In this document: positions 45,682 through 55,321 of the stretch, piece by piece
Numbering within the stretch: position 1 is the first letter of the stretch
How the letters are laid out: the number at the start of each line of letters is the position of its first letter
Virus record (IMG/VR): IMGVR_UViG_3300006055_000001
Length of the DNA stretch: 64,000 bases
Direction: 5' to 3' (one strand)
Source of the DNA: an uncultured virus (IMG/VR IMGVR_UViG_3300006055_000001)
Taxonomy: Duplodnaviria; Heunggongvirae; Uroviricota; Caudoviricetes
Notes under the pieces: model-generated
What the model was told of the DNA's origin: nothing
The model's database searches: none
The model's input: only the letters and a program-made list of their open reading frames with translations
Position numbers and translations under genes: made by a program

Positions 45682-48039
45682 GTGAAAGCCCTGCGCTTTT
45701 TGCTCAGCTTTCTGCTTCTGCTCGCCTTCGCGGGCATCGCCTTCGCCACCCCGACCCCTACAGCAACTGCGACGGCAACGAGTACCCCGACGGCAACGCC
45801 GACCCCTGCGCCGCCGCCCATGTGCTCTGTGACCGGCCTGATCCTGGATCCCGATGGATCGATCCCGCCAGTTGGCACCACGGTGTATTTTTCGACCGGG
45901 CCGACGCCTCAGGTCATCGGAAGCAGCACGATCCTTCCTAATACGAGCTTCACAACGCAGACCGACATCAACGGAAACCTTGTCGCGGTGAACATACCAC
46001 AGACGCTCAAGGTGACGGTGCATGTGAACGTGTACGGCGCTGCCTCGCAGCCCGTCGTTATCCCAGCTACGGGCACAGCGACGCTCGACGGGATCCTCGG
46101 GCTGACGAATAATCAAGCACCGCTGATGTCGCTGATTTTTGGCGGCACGAGTTATCCGCTATCGAGCACCGGACCAACGCCGAATCAGTACCTGCAGTGG
46201 AGTGGAACCGCGCTTGTTGGCGCAACTGCCGGCAGCGGTGCCATATCGTCTAGCCAGCTCCCCTCACCTTCCGCGCTCCCTACTACCGGAGCATACAGTC
46301 CGGGACCGCCCGTAGGCTCCGTCCAGTGTAATGCAGGTGGCGGACTCTTCGATGGCTGCTTCCCAGTCGCTTCGGGCGCCTCCGGTGACATCGCCTACTA
46401 CCCGACTACCGGCTCGACTGTATCGGGCATGGCACCGCCCGCCTGTAACGCCGATATCCAGGTGGGCGCGGACCTCGGTGCTAAGATCAACGCCTGTGAG
46501 GCTACCCTAGGTTCCAATCCCGGAACTATCCTTTCGACTATTCCGGCCCAAATAAATACGACCGTTCTAATTAGTCACATCAATCACCAGCTCAGATTCG
46601 GTCCCGGCACTTGGACGGGAACTCCGACCATTGAGATCGGAGCCAATGTGACAGGAGCCGGCATTGTGGGCGCAGGTGAACATACCACCACGTTGCAAAG
46701 CACCTCTAGTACCGCAACCGAAATCGCCTGTCTCGGCAGTTGCAACGGACTATTGATTCAAGGGTTATCACTCACTCGCACTGGCACGTTTGCCGATACT
46801 AGCTGTACGGCAGCCTACACACCTGCCTTTGCTTGTACGGGCCTGCATACCTCAAACGCGCCACCCGTTGGCAATGCTGCTGATGGCATCTCTGAGTTGA
46901 CCTATACTGATAACGTCGTGATCAAGGACGTGACGGTCAACAATCAATCCCAGGGCATACTACTCGGCGCCACCGATTACAGTCAATTGTTCAACGTGTC
47001 TTCAAGTGGCAACTCTGGCTATGGCTTTCGCCTGTTCGATGCAACCAATACATCGCTGCCTTTTCAATGGGATGCCGATATGGTGGGGGTGGGCAGTAAC
47101 GGCGCTGACGGAATCCAATTCGTAACCGTAAAATCCGCTAGTCCATATCAAGCCGATACTGGTGGTATATGGCGCAGGGTTATCAGCTTCAACAATGCAG
47201 GTTATGCAATCAACATTATTGGCGGCGCGGCTGGTTGCTCAGCGAATGGGGTACCGAACGCTTGCTGCACAACGGCTGGTATAGGCACGTGCGTAGGGAT
47301 GAACGACCTTGAGTTTAATCAATTCGAGGGGTCCACTGATTTCTCGGGGGAAATAAACATTGCTAGCAATGGTTCGGACATGATGCTACGCGACCTTTGG
47401 ATGGAGACCAACAACGGTAACTGTATTACGGCCTATACAGTCGGCGGTGCCACTAGCGTAGCTGCTGGAATACTAAGCATCGAGAATGCTACTATGTCGG
47501 TCTGTGGTGGGACGGCAATCACCGCAGATATGGACCAACTGACAATCGACGGCGTTAACGCCTATCACTATGGTATATCGAATGCAGGAGGCGCAGCGAA
47601 CGAGAGTGGTATCTATATCGCCGGTGATGGCAACTTACATTGGGGGAATGTCATCACGAACGTACATCTGAGTGGCGACGGCTATGGTCAATATGGGATT
47701 TATTCCGCAGTTGACAATGTCGCAATTTCTGGCGGGAACGTAGCCATCAACAATAGCACCAACGGAATTACTTTGAACGGTAACGCGGATGGAGCGGGAT
47801 GGTCCAAGTCCAAGATATGCGGCGTTGTCGGTACAGTGGACGTGAATTGTGGCTCGACGTGGCCTGCATATTCAGGCGGCGGAACTGCCTGCTTCAGCAA
47901 CGTGAATGGTGGGCCGACGCCTTACGGGACTTTGTATAACGCCGCTGCCTGCCCGTCGCCAGTAGCAACACCGACTGCAACTGCTACTCCAACGGCCACT
48001 CCAACAGCGACCGCGACACCGACGGCGACACCAACATGA
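45682..48039 (+). CDS. beta-helix adhesin/depolymerase with signal peptide
   Basis: Signal peptide ending AFA; TP tracts at both ends; DLGAKINAC and beta-helix repeats. Confidence 0.75.
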   Translation: MKALRFLLSFLLLLAFAGIAFATPTPTATATATSTPTATPTPAPPPMCSVTGLILDPDGSIPPVGTTVYFSTGPTPQVIGSSTILPNTSFTTQTDINGNLVAVNIPQTLKVTVHVNVYGAASQPVVIPATGTATLDGILGLTNNQAPLMSLIFGGTSYPLSSTGPTPNQYLQWSGTALVGATAGSGAISSSQLPSPSALPTTGAYSPGPPVGSVQCNAGGGLFDGCFPVASGASGDIAYYPTTGSTVSGMAPPACNADIQVGADLGAKINACEATLGSNPGTILSTIPAQINTTVLISHINHQLRFGPGTWTGTPTIEIGANVTGAGIVGAGEHTTTLQSTSSTATEIACLGSCNGLLIQGLSLTRTGTFADTSCTAAYTPAFACTGLHTSNAPPVGNAADGISELTYTDNVVIKDVTVNNQSQGILLGATDYSQLFNVSSSGNSGYGFRLFDATNTSLPFQWDADMVGVGSNGADGIQFVTVKSASPYQADTGGIWRRVISFNNAGYAINIIGGAAGCSANGVPNACCTTAGIGTCVGMNDLEFNQFEGSTDFSGEINIASNGSDMMLRDLWMETNNGNCITAYTVGGATSVAAGILSIENATMSVCGGTAITADMDQLTIDGVNAYHYGISNAGGAANESGIYIAGDGNLHWGNVITNVHLSGDGYGQYGIYSAVDNVAISGGNVAINNSTNGITLNGNADGAGWSKSKICGVVGTVDVNCGSTWPAYSGGGTACFSNVNGGPTPYGTLYNAAACPSPVATPTATATPTATPTATATPTATPT

Positions 48040-48986
48040 AGATAAAATACTTACTGCCCTTTGCTGTATTCTTGCTTTTGCTGACGCTGCCACGTTCGGC
48101 TGGCACTATTTCCTATCCCGGTTATGAAAACCTTGTCACAGCCAATTCGCCCGGCGGCTACTGGAAAATGGGTGAGGCATCGGGCAATCTCTCCGACTCG
48201 TCAGGCAATGGCAACACAGCGATAGCGGTTCCTACTATCACCTATGGTGTTACGGGGCCGATTACGGCTGACTCAACAACTGCCATCAATACGGCGGCTT
48301 CGGGTTACTTCACTGTCGCTAGTAATGCGTCGCTTCCCTCGGGCGACACATTCACGGCGTCAGCATGGGTTAAACTTGCCGCATATACCAACTATGTGGG
48401 CATTATAGGTCAGACCACTTTTGCGCCGGGGCATCCGGGCTGGTATGTTTATCTTGCGGGAAATGGGACAAGCTACAGCAAGCTTATCTTACAGGCTTAC
48501 GATGGTGCTACCCAGACTCAACTAGCACAATCCGGTAGCAGTATAACCGACCTTACAACATGGCATTTCCTGGTAGCCACCAAGAGTGGCACCGCAGTTC
48601 ACCTATATCTTGACGGTGTGGATAATACTGCGGCAGGCTCAAATGCCACGATAAACAATACAACATCTGCTTTGTATTTAGCCTCTGGTAATGCTTGCTG
48701 TGCCATCACCCTTAATGGCAGCATCGGCCAAGCCGCCGTCTATTCCACCGCGCTCACCGCGCCGCAAGTCGCGGCACTCTACAATGCGGGCGGTCCTGAC
48801 CCAACGCCTACCGCGACTGCCACGGCGACAGCAACCGCCACAGCTACAGCAACCGCCACGACAACAGCCACCCCAACAGCAACGGCTACAGCGACGGCCA
48901 CCGCTACGCCTACTTGTCACGGCTACGGCACCGGATACGGCTACGGGAATGGCGGCAGCGGATACGGCAAGGGAAGTTGCTACTGA
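48036..48986 (+). CDS. LamG/ConA-like lectin protein with signal peptide
   Basis: PGGYWKMGE, DSSGNGN, FTASAWVK, WHFLVAT, LYLDG; TA tract; GYG tail. Confidence 0.85.
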   Translation: MKIKYLLPFAVFLLLLTLPRSAGTISYPGYENLVTANSPGGYWKMGEASGNLSDSSGNGNTAIAVPTITYGVTGPITADSTTAINTAASGYFTVASNASLPSGDTFTASAWVKLAAYTNYVGIIGQTTFAPGHPGWYVYLAGNGTSYSKLILQAYDGATQTQLAQSGSSITDLTTWHFLVATKSGTAVHLYLDGVDNTAAGSNATINNTTSALYLASGNACCAITLNGSIGQAAVYSTALTAPQVAALYNAGGPDPTPTATATATATATATATATTTATPTATATATATATPTCHGYGTGYGYGNGGSGYGKGSCY

Positions 48987-49001
48987 CGGCGCGAGTGAGT
49001 C

Positions 49002-49030
49002 TTGAGCCTCAATTGTGCGGGCCTGAGACT
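49002..49030 (+). promoter_or_regulatory. putative late promoter (lysis block)
   Basis: TTGAGC-ctcaattgtgcgggcct-GAGACT. Confidence 0.45.
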
Positions 49031-49046
49031 GTAAGGACCTGGGGGC

Positions 49047-49592
49047 GTGGGGGGAATGACGAGCGAACCTAAAAACGGCTGGACACCTGGCCTACTACTG
49101 ATTCATCTAACTGATGCAATGAAGCGGACCGATGAACACTTTGCCGCAGACCTCGGCGCGATGGAGAAACGGTTCATTGATAAGCTGGCCGATGCCGACA
49201 AGCGCTATGAGCAGCGGTTTCTAGCTCAGACTGAGGCGGTTTCGGCGGCGGCCAATGCGGCAAAAGAAGGCGTAGCAGCCGCGCTTGCCGCGGCAAAGGA
49301 AGCCGTCGCAGCCGCACTAAATGCGGCAGATCGCGGAAGCGCAAAGGCTGAACTTGCGTCGGAAAAACAGGTCGCTGCAGTTCGTGAGAAACTTGAGGGG
49401 GTGGGCGGAGTCATAAAGCGCATGGAGGAACTTACGAGTCGCATCGATACTTTCATCGGACGAGGCGGCGGCCAGGACGAGCTGCGAATCGAAGGCATCA
49501 CTCAAAGAAACTGGGGTGTCCAGATGTTTCTCCTCGCCATTGCCGCGATCGGCGGATTTGTTATGTCAGTCATTTCGTTTCTTCGACATTAA
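49047..49592 (+). CDS. coiled-coil protein with C-terminal TM (lysis-associated)
   Basis: Ala-rich coil plus terminal hydrophobic helix. Confidence 0.65.
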   Translation: MGGMTSEPKNGWTPGLLLIHLTDAMKRTDEHFAADLGAMEKRFIDKLADADKRYEQRFLAQTEAVSAAANAAKEGVAAALAAAKEAVAAALNAADRGSAKAELASEKQVAAVREKLEGVGGVIKRMEELTSRIDTFIGRGGGQDELRIEGITQRNWGVQMFLLAIAAIGGFVMSVISFLRH

Positions 49593-49603
49593 AGGAGAAC
49601 TCC

Positions 49604-49780
49604 ATGCTTTTACTTATTGTCGTCCTAGTCCTGCTGTTCGGTGGAGGGGGAGGATGGTACGGCTGGAACAATGGCATCGGGCCAATCGGCCCTGGCCCTG
49701 TTGGCGGTCTCTTGCCGATCCTGCTGATCATCCTGGTTGTGTGGCTGCTCGTAGGTGGCGGAGGCTTGAGATTGCGATGA
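49604..49780 (+). CDS. small Gly-rich two-TM protein (DUF3309-like)
   Basis: AAGGAG RBS; MLLLIVVLVLLFGGGGGWYGW...LLIILVVWLL. Confidence 0.7.
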   Translation: MLLLIVVLVLLFGGGGGWYGWNNGIGPIGPGPVGGLLPILLIILVVWLLVGGGGLRLR

Positions 49781-50139
49781 CGCGCAGGCCGTACACACCG
49801 CCGATTTACAGACCGGCGAGGAAGAAGAGCAAGATAACGCCCTGGCTTGGTCTGACGTTTGGCGTCGTAGTGCTGGTATTTTTCCTGATCTTCGACTGGA
49901 TGAACCCGCCGCCCGCCATTATGTACGCTCCGTCTCCCATTGTCGCGCCCGTAGCGCCCGTAGCGCATCCGACGGCCACTGGCACACCAACCCCTACCCC
50001 AAGCCCGACGGTCGCGCCTACGCCAGCCCCTGCCCCAACGCCAAGGCCTCGCGGGCATCGACGCCCGCTACCGCATCATGGGGCGAAGTTTGCCTGCACG
50101 GGCGGTGAAGCGGTCGGCCTCGAGCGCTGTAGCCAATGA
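49777..50139 (+). CDS. membrane-anchored Pro-rich protein
   Basis: ATGA overlap; TM followed by PT tract. Confidence 0.6.
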   Translation: MTRRPYTPPIYRPARKKSKITPWLGLTFGVVVLVFFLIFDWMNPPPAIMYAPSPIVAPVAPVAHPTATGTPTPTPSPTVAPTPAPAPTPRPRGHRRPLPHHGAKFACTGGEAVGLERCSQ

Positions 50140-50609
50140 AGGCCACGGACCTAATTGCCGGCCACGAGGGGCTTCGGCTTGTCGCATATAAAGATCGCGG
50201 CGCGCTAGCGATAGGGTACGGCCAGCATTTCGATTCGTTGACAAACGACCAGCGCGCCTGGCTGACCGCTGCGCACGGCAGCGTACTGAATGCCCTGACC
50301 GGGATTACCTTTGAAGAGGCGCAACGGCTGCTCAAGGAACGGGTCGCGGCGCTCGAGGCATGGGCGACCGCTCAATTTCCCTGGTTCGCTGGTTTAAGCG
50401 AGACGCGGCGAGCCGTAATTACAGATATGTGCTATGAGCTCGGCGAGGGGCGTCCGGGCAAAACCGGATTGCTCGGGTTTCCGCATTTCTTGGCCGCCTG
50501 CGCTCGCGGTGATATTCCGACGGCGATTGCTGAAATGAAATCCAGCGATTGGGCGACGCAGGTTCCCTCTAGGGCTAAGAACGACGAGCTCCTGTTTGCG
50601 CGGGGTTGA
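50136..50609 (+). CDS. endolysin (T4-like lysozyme fold)
   Basis: HEGLRLVAYKD...IGYG...DMCYELG...SDWATQVPSRA. Confidence 0.9.
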   Translation: MKATDLIAGHEGLRLVAYKDRGALAIGYGQHFDSLTNDQRAWLTAAHGSVLNALTGITFEEAQRLLKERVAALEAWATAQFPWFAGLSETRRAVITDMCYELGEGRPGKTGLLGFPHFLAACARGDIPTAIAEMKSSDWATQVPSRAKNDELLFARG

Positions 50610-50634
50610 GCCTCAATTCGATTGGACCCAGAAT
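50606..50634 (+). promoter_or_regulatory. putative late promoter (leaderless)
   Basis: TTGAGC-17nt-CAGAAT, ATG at 50641. Confidence 0.55.
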
Positions 50635-50640
50635 AATCGC

Positions 50641-51015
50641 ATGGCGGCACTTCGTCGCATCCAGCAGAATTACCTCGTCCAAACGCTGCTCGTGCCGGCG
50701 ATTTGGGCCGCTTTCGGCGCCACAATAGTCGCGCTCGTGGCTTTTTCCAAGGGCAACGTGTTCGCGCTAACGGGCGCTGATTTCAAGGCTGCGGTCGGCG
50801 CTGGCGGCTTCGCGGGCTTGGCGTATCTTGCTGCCATCTGGCAGCACGGCCTCGGTTCCGCCAGTTTCCACGCTGACGGGACGGACAACGAAGCGGTCGA
50901 AGACATCGTGACGATTCAAAAGGCGGCAGACGTTGTTCCCGGAGCCTCGCGGATTGCCAGCGTCATAACGAGGCAGGCGTCAATTACGGCAGCGGAAATA
51001 AAGGCGCAGTCGTGA
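50641..51015 (+). CDS. holin-like membrane protein
   Basis: Two TM segments; adjacent to endolysin. Confidence 0.55.
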   Translation: MAALRRIQQNYLVQTLLVPAIWAAFGATIVALVAFSKGNVFALTGADFKAAVGAGGFAGLAYLAAIWQHGLGSASFHADGTDNEAVEDIVTIQKAADVVPGASRIASVITRQASITAAEIKAQS

Positions 51016-51410
51016 ACGAAGTCAGGGCAGCTCACTGGCTCTGGACCTACGTTGCGAGCGTCCAGATCCTCGTGGTCCTTGTTGTGCTGGCCGCGATAGC
51101 GCTGGCGGCTACTGGCTGCTCGCTGCTGAGATCGGCGAACATCGAGAGCACACAGATCAAATGCGTCCATCGGCCGGTCGAGCTCCCCGGCGAATATCAA
51201 GCCAACACGCTGATCGCGGTGGATCTCAACACGGGATTACCATTGTTGTCGACATCGCATCGGCTGCTGGCCTATTGCAAGGCCGAAGGACAGGACCCTG
51301 CACTGATGCCCGAAGCGTCAACGCCGAACATTTTTAGCGCGCTGGAAAACATCCCCGCTACGCTGGGCACAGCGGTGCCGACGGCGGCGGGCGTAGCAGC
51401 GGGGCTTTGA
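51012..51410 (+). CDS. lipoprotein
   Basis: Hydrophobic stretch ending AATGC lipobox. Confidence 0.6.
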   Translation: MNEVRAAHWLWTYVASVQILVVLVVLAAIALAATGCSLLRSANIESTQIKCVHRPVELPGEYQANTLIAVDLNTGLPLLSTSHRLLAYCKAEGQDPALMPEASTPNIFSALENIPATLGTAVPTAAGVAAGL

Positions 51411-51862
51411 TGGAAAAAAAAGACCAGCCGACGCAGTCGGCTAAATACGAAAGGCCGTGTCCGTTCTGTGGCGGACAATTAGGGGAGGCCGATGACCATA
51501 ATCCCGCGTATGGGGATGTTCGGCACCAATATATGGAGGCGTGCATCGTAGAATTGCGGATGCGGTTAGACAAAGTAGTGCGGGTGGCTGCTGGAGAAAA
51601 AGCGCTCCACGGTTTCTATGAGCGTATCTCATATCTCATCAGCACGAATACTTCCAAGGCTTGGACGGGGCGTATTACATTCATCGCGATGGCGGTCCAC
51701 GACTACGAGCGCGCGACCGGACGCCCATTGACCCCGACCAGTTTGATTACTGGGCGATGTTCGCTCGTCGGCTGCGAGAAAGAATGGCCCCACGAGCACA
51801 AGATCGAAGGCCCAGCGGAACGCTGCGTAGGCGTCGATTACGAGACCTTTATTCATGGCTAG
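51407..51862 (+). CDS. hypothetical protein (shares a domain with 52414-52656)
   Basis: CPFC; FYERISYL...AMAVHDYERATGRPLTP. Confidence 0.6.
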   Translation: MMEKKDQPTQSAKYERPCPFCGGQLGEADDHNPAYGDVRHQYMEACIVELRMRLDKVVRVAAGEKALHGFYERISYLISTNTSKAWTGRITFIAMAVHDYERATGRPLTPTSLITGRCSLVGCEKEWPHEHKIEGPAERCVGVDYETFIHG

Positions 51863-52115
51863 TTTAATCGAATTACTGGGCAGCCAGGCCGCCGTCGACG
51901 AGGCGAAAGAGGCCGCGCGAACGGTCTTGCAAAGCGCGATCGCGTCGGCATTCGGCAACCTCGCAATCGCGGAACCCAAATTGCTCGCGCCGGTCAGGAA
52001 GATGGCTGACGATTGGGTGGACGCGACGATCCCCAAATTCAGGAAGATGCTCGATAGTTGGGTCGATGACGCGATTCTAAAAGTTACGAAACTGAAACTG
52101 ACGAAAGGAGTTTGA
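51855..52115 (+). CDS. hypothetical protein
   Basis: 86 aa helical ORF. Confidence 0.6.
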   Translation: MASLIELLGSQAAVDEAKEAARTVLQSAIASAFGNLAIAEPKLLAPVRKMADDWVDATIPKFRKMLDSWVDDAILKVTKLKLTKGV

Positions 52116-52120
52116 AGGAT

Positions 52121-52417
52121 ATGATGAGGAAAAACATTGCACTAGGGATTATGGCGGCGGGAGTGCTGTGTCTGAGCGGATGCAGCGCGCTGAGCGGACT
52201 TACCGGAACGACATCGACCAATCCGACGGGATCAACGGGTCCGACCGTCGCAACGACCGTGCTGGGCGTATCGGTGCCGCTGCATTCAACTGTAGCGTCG
52301 AACTGTGCAGCCGGGGATACCAACTCCTGTGCGCAGCAGGCCAACATCGTGAGTTTCTGCGCGGCAACCGCCACGATCCAGGAAGCGCATAAGGCCTGCG
52401 TCGGCGCGGGCTGGTGA
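52121..52417 (+). CDS. lipoprotein
   Basis: AAGGAG RBS; LSGC lipobox. Confidence 0.7.
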   Translation: MMRKNIALGIMAAGVLCLSGCSALSGLTGTTSTNPTGSTGPTVATTVLGVSVPLHSTVASNCAAGDTNSCAQQANIVSFCAATATIQEAHKACVGAGW

Positions 52418-52656
52418 CGGGGCCGATGCCCGACGACAGCGAGATGGCTGATGAGATGGAGACGGTAGCTGTTGCGGCAGTGGCTTTGCACAGATTTTAT
52501 GAGCGCATCTCCTACCTCGTCAGCGATGCGGCGCGGTTTCAGCCGGGCGAGCCCGACCGGATCATTTTCGTCGCGATGGCGGTGCATGAGTACGAGCGCG
52601 CCACGGGACGACCGTTGACGCCGGGGTTTGTCCCGATACCGATTCAGGTGAATTAG
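52414..52656 (+). CDS. hypothetical protein (paralogous domain to 51407-51862)
   Basis: FYERISYL...AMAVHEYERATGRPLTP. Confidence 0.6.
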   Translation: MTGPMPDDSEMADEMETVAVAAVALHRFYERISYLVSDAARFQPGEPDRIIFVAMAVHEYERATGRPLTPGFVPIPIQVN

Positions 52657-52667
52657 GAGCAACCTTC

Positions 52668-53120
52668 ATGGCAGCAATTGCAGGCGCGGCGGCGCTAACC
52701 GCCATTGAGACACTCGCTCCAATCGCCATCGCGGCGTTGGAGCCTGTGTTAAAAAACATCCTGACTAACCTGCCCGCGAACATGGTCGCGCTCGGGCCCG
52801 CGGCTCCAGCGGTCACCGTCGAGGCGGCAGTGGCATCGAACCTAGTCAAGAAGATGCCGGCCGTCACAGCGGACGAGTACGCGAAGATCAAGACCATGAT
52901 CGGTGTTGCGGTCGCAATCTACAAGACAGATCACCCCGAGGACGACCTGCAAGACGAAATTTCCTGGGTCGACATCCTCGCGCGCGCCAGCGTCGGTATC
53001 ACAAAGGAGGGCATCGTCGTCTCGGCGATCCCGCCCAGCACGCAGTGGCAGATGGTGCTTTCGGGTGTGGAGATGTATCTGGCTGGCTTGGGCACGAAAG
53101 CGCTCGCGGTTGGAAAATAG
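52668..53120 (+). CDS. hypothetical protein
   Basis: AGGAG RBS; 150 aa. Confidence 0.7.
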   Translation: MAAIAGAAALTAIETLAPIAIAALEPVLKNILTNLPANMVALGPAAPAVTVEAAVASNLVKKMPAVTADEYAKIKTMIGVAVAIYKTDHPEDDLQDEISWVDILARASVGITKEGIVVSAIPPSTQWQMVLSGVEMYLAGLGTKALAVGK

Positions 53121-53131
53121 CGGGCGCGGAA

Positions 53132-53326
53132 ATGAACTTGTTCATTGCTAGGGCGGGCAGGAGGTTCCTGCTCGCCCTAGCTTTCTTTCCGATGCTGGCC
53201 GGCTGTGGCGCCCCTGCTGGCCGCCGTGAATTGAGGGCGGCCTTGCTCGCCCATCCCATACCAGCCGGCTGCGAATGGTGGTACGCGCCCGACTGCCCGC
53301 CGCCATATGAGGACACGGCGCGATGA
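53132..53326 (+). CDS. small lipoprotein
   Basis: LAGC lipobox. Confidence 0.5.
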   Translation: MNLFIARAGRRFLLALAFFPMLAGCGAPAGRRELRAALLAHPIPAGCEWWYAPDCPPPYEDTAR

Positions 53327-54330
53327 GTTTTTCTCTTTTTACTGACCCCACTATGCTACCGGGGAACGGCCCTTATGAGCTGTTCGATCCTGGCTGGCTG
53401 GCTGCGCTGACCGGCTATCAGAATTTTCTTTCCCCTACTACACACCGGCCGATGCCCTATGGCGGCCTGGTGATCGACGTTCCGGATACCGTCAAGATTG
53501 CGCTCGCCGGCGATTGGGGAACCAACATGGCCCCAGCTACAGGTTCCATTCGCGATCTAATTATTTCTGAAGACTGCGATTATACTTTGCACCTCGGCGA
53601 CACATACTACAGCGGGACGTGTGAAGAGAACGAGGCATTTGCGGCGATGTGGCCCGAGGGCTCGCGCGGTTCGTTTAATCTTACGTCGAACCACGATTTT
53701 TACGCTGGCTTTACCGGATACCTGCAAACGCTCGCAGACCCCAAGTTCGCGGCGCAGGCGAACAACCCCTATTTCGCGTTGCGGAACCATAATTGGATCA
53801 TCATAGCGCTGGACACCGCATCCCACTCTCAGAGCTTCTTGTGCAAGGACGGCTTTCTGGACAATCGGCAACTCTTGTGGCTCAACCAGCTCGTGAAGGA
53901 CTCAGCACCGCGCGGCGTCATCCTGCTCTCGCATCACGACGGCTTCAACCTTGAAGCACTGGACGCGGAATGCCAAAATCCTCGGCCGAGGGGGATTTTA
54001 TATAAAAGTTTGTACGGACAGGTCGCACTGCCGTCTGACCGTCCATGTTTCTGGTACTGGGGACACGTACATTGTCCGATCGCATACCGCTACAATAACG
54101 TGCGCGCCCGGTGCATAGGGCATGGCGGGATTCCCTATCTGCCATTCCCGGATTTTTACAAAGATTTCGGCGATAGTCTTGTTACCGTCGAATGGGTGGA
54201 AACTGACGCGGCTCGTGACGGCAACCCCCTCCGCGCGCCCAATGGATTCGCGGTTTTACGCATGGATGGACCTACAATCAGCGAGCAATTTGTTGATGAA
54301 TATGCTAGAAGTAGATGGTCTAACCCATGA
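53323..54330 (+). CDS. metallophosphoesterase
   Basis: GDWG, HLGDTYY, SNHD, LSHH, WGHVH. Confidence 0.88.
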   Translation: MSFSLFTDPTMLPGNGPYELFDPGWLAALTGYQNFLSPTTHRPMPYGGLVIDVPDTVKIALAGDWGTNMAPATGSIRDLIISEDCDYTLHLGDTYYSGTCEENEAFAAMWPEGSRGSFNLTSNHDFYAGFTGYLQTLADPKFAAQANNPYFALRNHNWIIIALDTASHSQSFLCKDGFLDNRQLLWLNQLVKDSAPRGVILLSHHDGFNLEALDAECQNPRPRGILYKSLYGQVALPSDRPCFWYWGHVHCPIAYRYNNVRARCIGHGGIPYLPFPDFYKDFGDSLVTVEWVETDAARDGNPLRAPNGFAVLRMDGPTISEQFVDEYARSRWSNP

Positions 54331-55058
54331 TCGGCATTTATCAAATCGTCAACTCCCAGAACGGAAAACGCTATATCGGCTCGTCAGTTCGTGTAGAGGC
54401 GAGATGGAGCGAACATCGCCGTAGGCTAGGGCGGGGTATTCATCATTCTGACTATCTCCAGCACGCTTGGAATCTTTACGGTTCCGGAGTGTTCTACTTT
54501 GAACTCTTAGAAGAGACAAGCAGAGAGTCCCTGCTCGTGCGCGAACAACATTGGATCGACCATTACGAAGCCTCGCGACTCGTTTATAACGTCTCCCTTA
54601 TTGCAGGGGCCTCAACGCGGGGACGCACTCTGTCGAAGGAACATCGCGCGAATGTCAGTAAGGCTCTCAAGGGTCGGCCTTGGACTCCTGCACGTAGAGC
54701 CAAGGCCGAAGTTAGTCCTGAGACAAGGGCAAAGCAGAGTGCAGTGCATAAAGGACGACCGTGGACCGAAGCGCGCCGCATCGCGGATAAGCCTCATTCG
54801 TTCACCGCCGAAGCGCGCGCCAAGTTGACGACTAGATTTAAGGGCAAACCGCTGGCTGCGGCAACTCGACTCAAACTAAGCATAATTGCACGAAATAGAC
54901 CACCCATATCGGCGGAAATACGCGCAAAGATGTCAGCCGCAAGTAAGGGCAGACCGAAAAGCCCCGAACACCGCGCGAAGCTTAGCTTGAATCTACAGCG
55001 CGCGCGCGAAGCCCAGCGAGCGAGTGGCGGGTTTCACGATTCGCGAGCAGTTGGTTGA
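54327..55058 (+). CDS. GIY-YIG homing endonuclease with NUMOD3-like repeats
   Basis: GIYQI...RYIGSS...RW..H; repeated S.E.RAK.S..KG. Confidence 0.92.
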   Translation: MIGIYQIVNSQNGKRYIGSSVRVEARWSEHRRRLGRGIHHSDYLQHAWNLYGSGVFYFELLEETSRESLLVREQHWIDHYEASRLVYNVSLIAGASTRGRTLSKEHRANVSKALKGRPWTPARRAKAEVSPETRAKQSAVHKGRPWTEARRIADKPHSFTAEARAKLTTRFKGKPLAAATRLKLSIIARNRPPISAEIRAKMSAASKGRPKSPEHRAKLSLNLQRAREAQRASGGFHDSRAVG

Positions 55059-55093
55059 TGAAAGACGGCCATGCGGTCTGGCAGGCCTAGCGC

Positions 55094-55321
55094 CTAGTCC
55101 TTTTGAGCCTTGTCGTCGGCTGCGAGGGATTCTTCGAGACGCAGCGCCAGATCGACGCCGGCCTTCCACGTCATCGCTTCTCGCAGCGCCGCTATCCTCG
55201 CCAGCAGCTTCGGCGTTTCAGTAGCGAGAATCCGCACAGACTCAGACACGAAGCGCGGATCGGACTGCGCTATGTCTGCGTTCATCTTCTCTAGTCGCAC
55301 TTTTAATTCGGCATCTTTCAC
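55094..55321 (-). CDS. hypothetical protein (paralog of 56419-56685)
   Basis: MKDAELK...ETPKLLARIAALR...LAADDKAQ. Confidence 0.65.
   Translation of the reverse strand: MKDAELKVRLEKMNADIAQSDPRFVSESVRILATETPKLLARIAALREAMTWKAGVDLALRLEESLAADDKAQKD

Noticed and set aside
54327..55058. Group I intron around the GIY-YIG gene
   Set aside because: The upstream phosphoesterase appears complete and is coupled by an ATGA overlap; no interrupted gene or intron core was recognised, so it is treated as free-standing.
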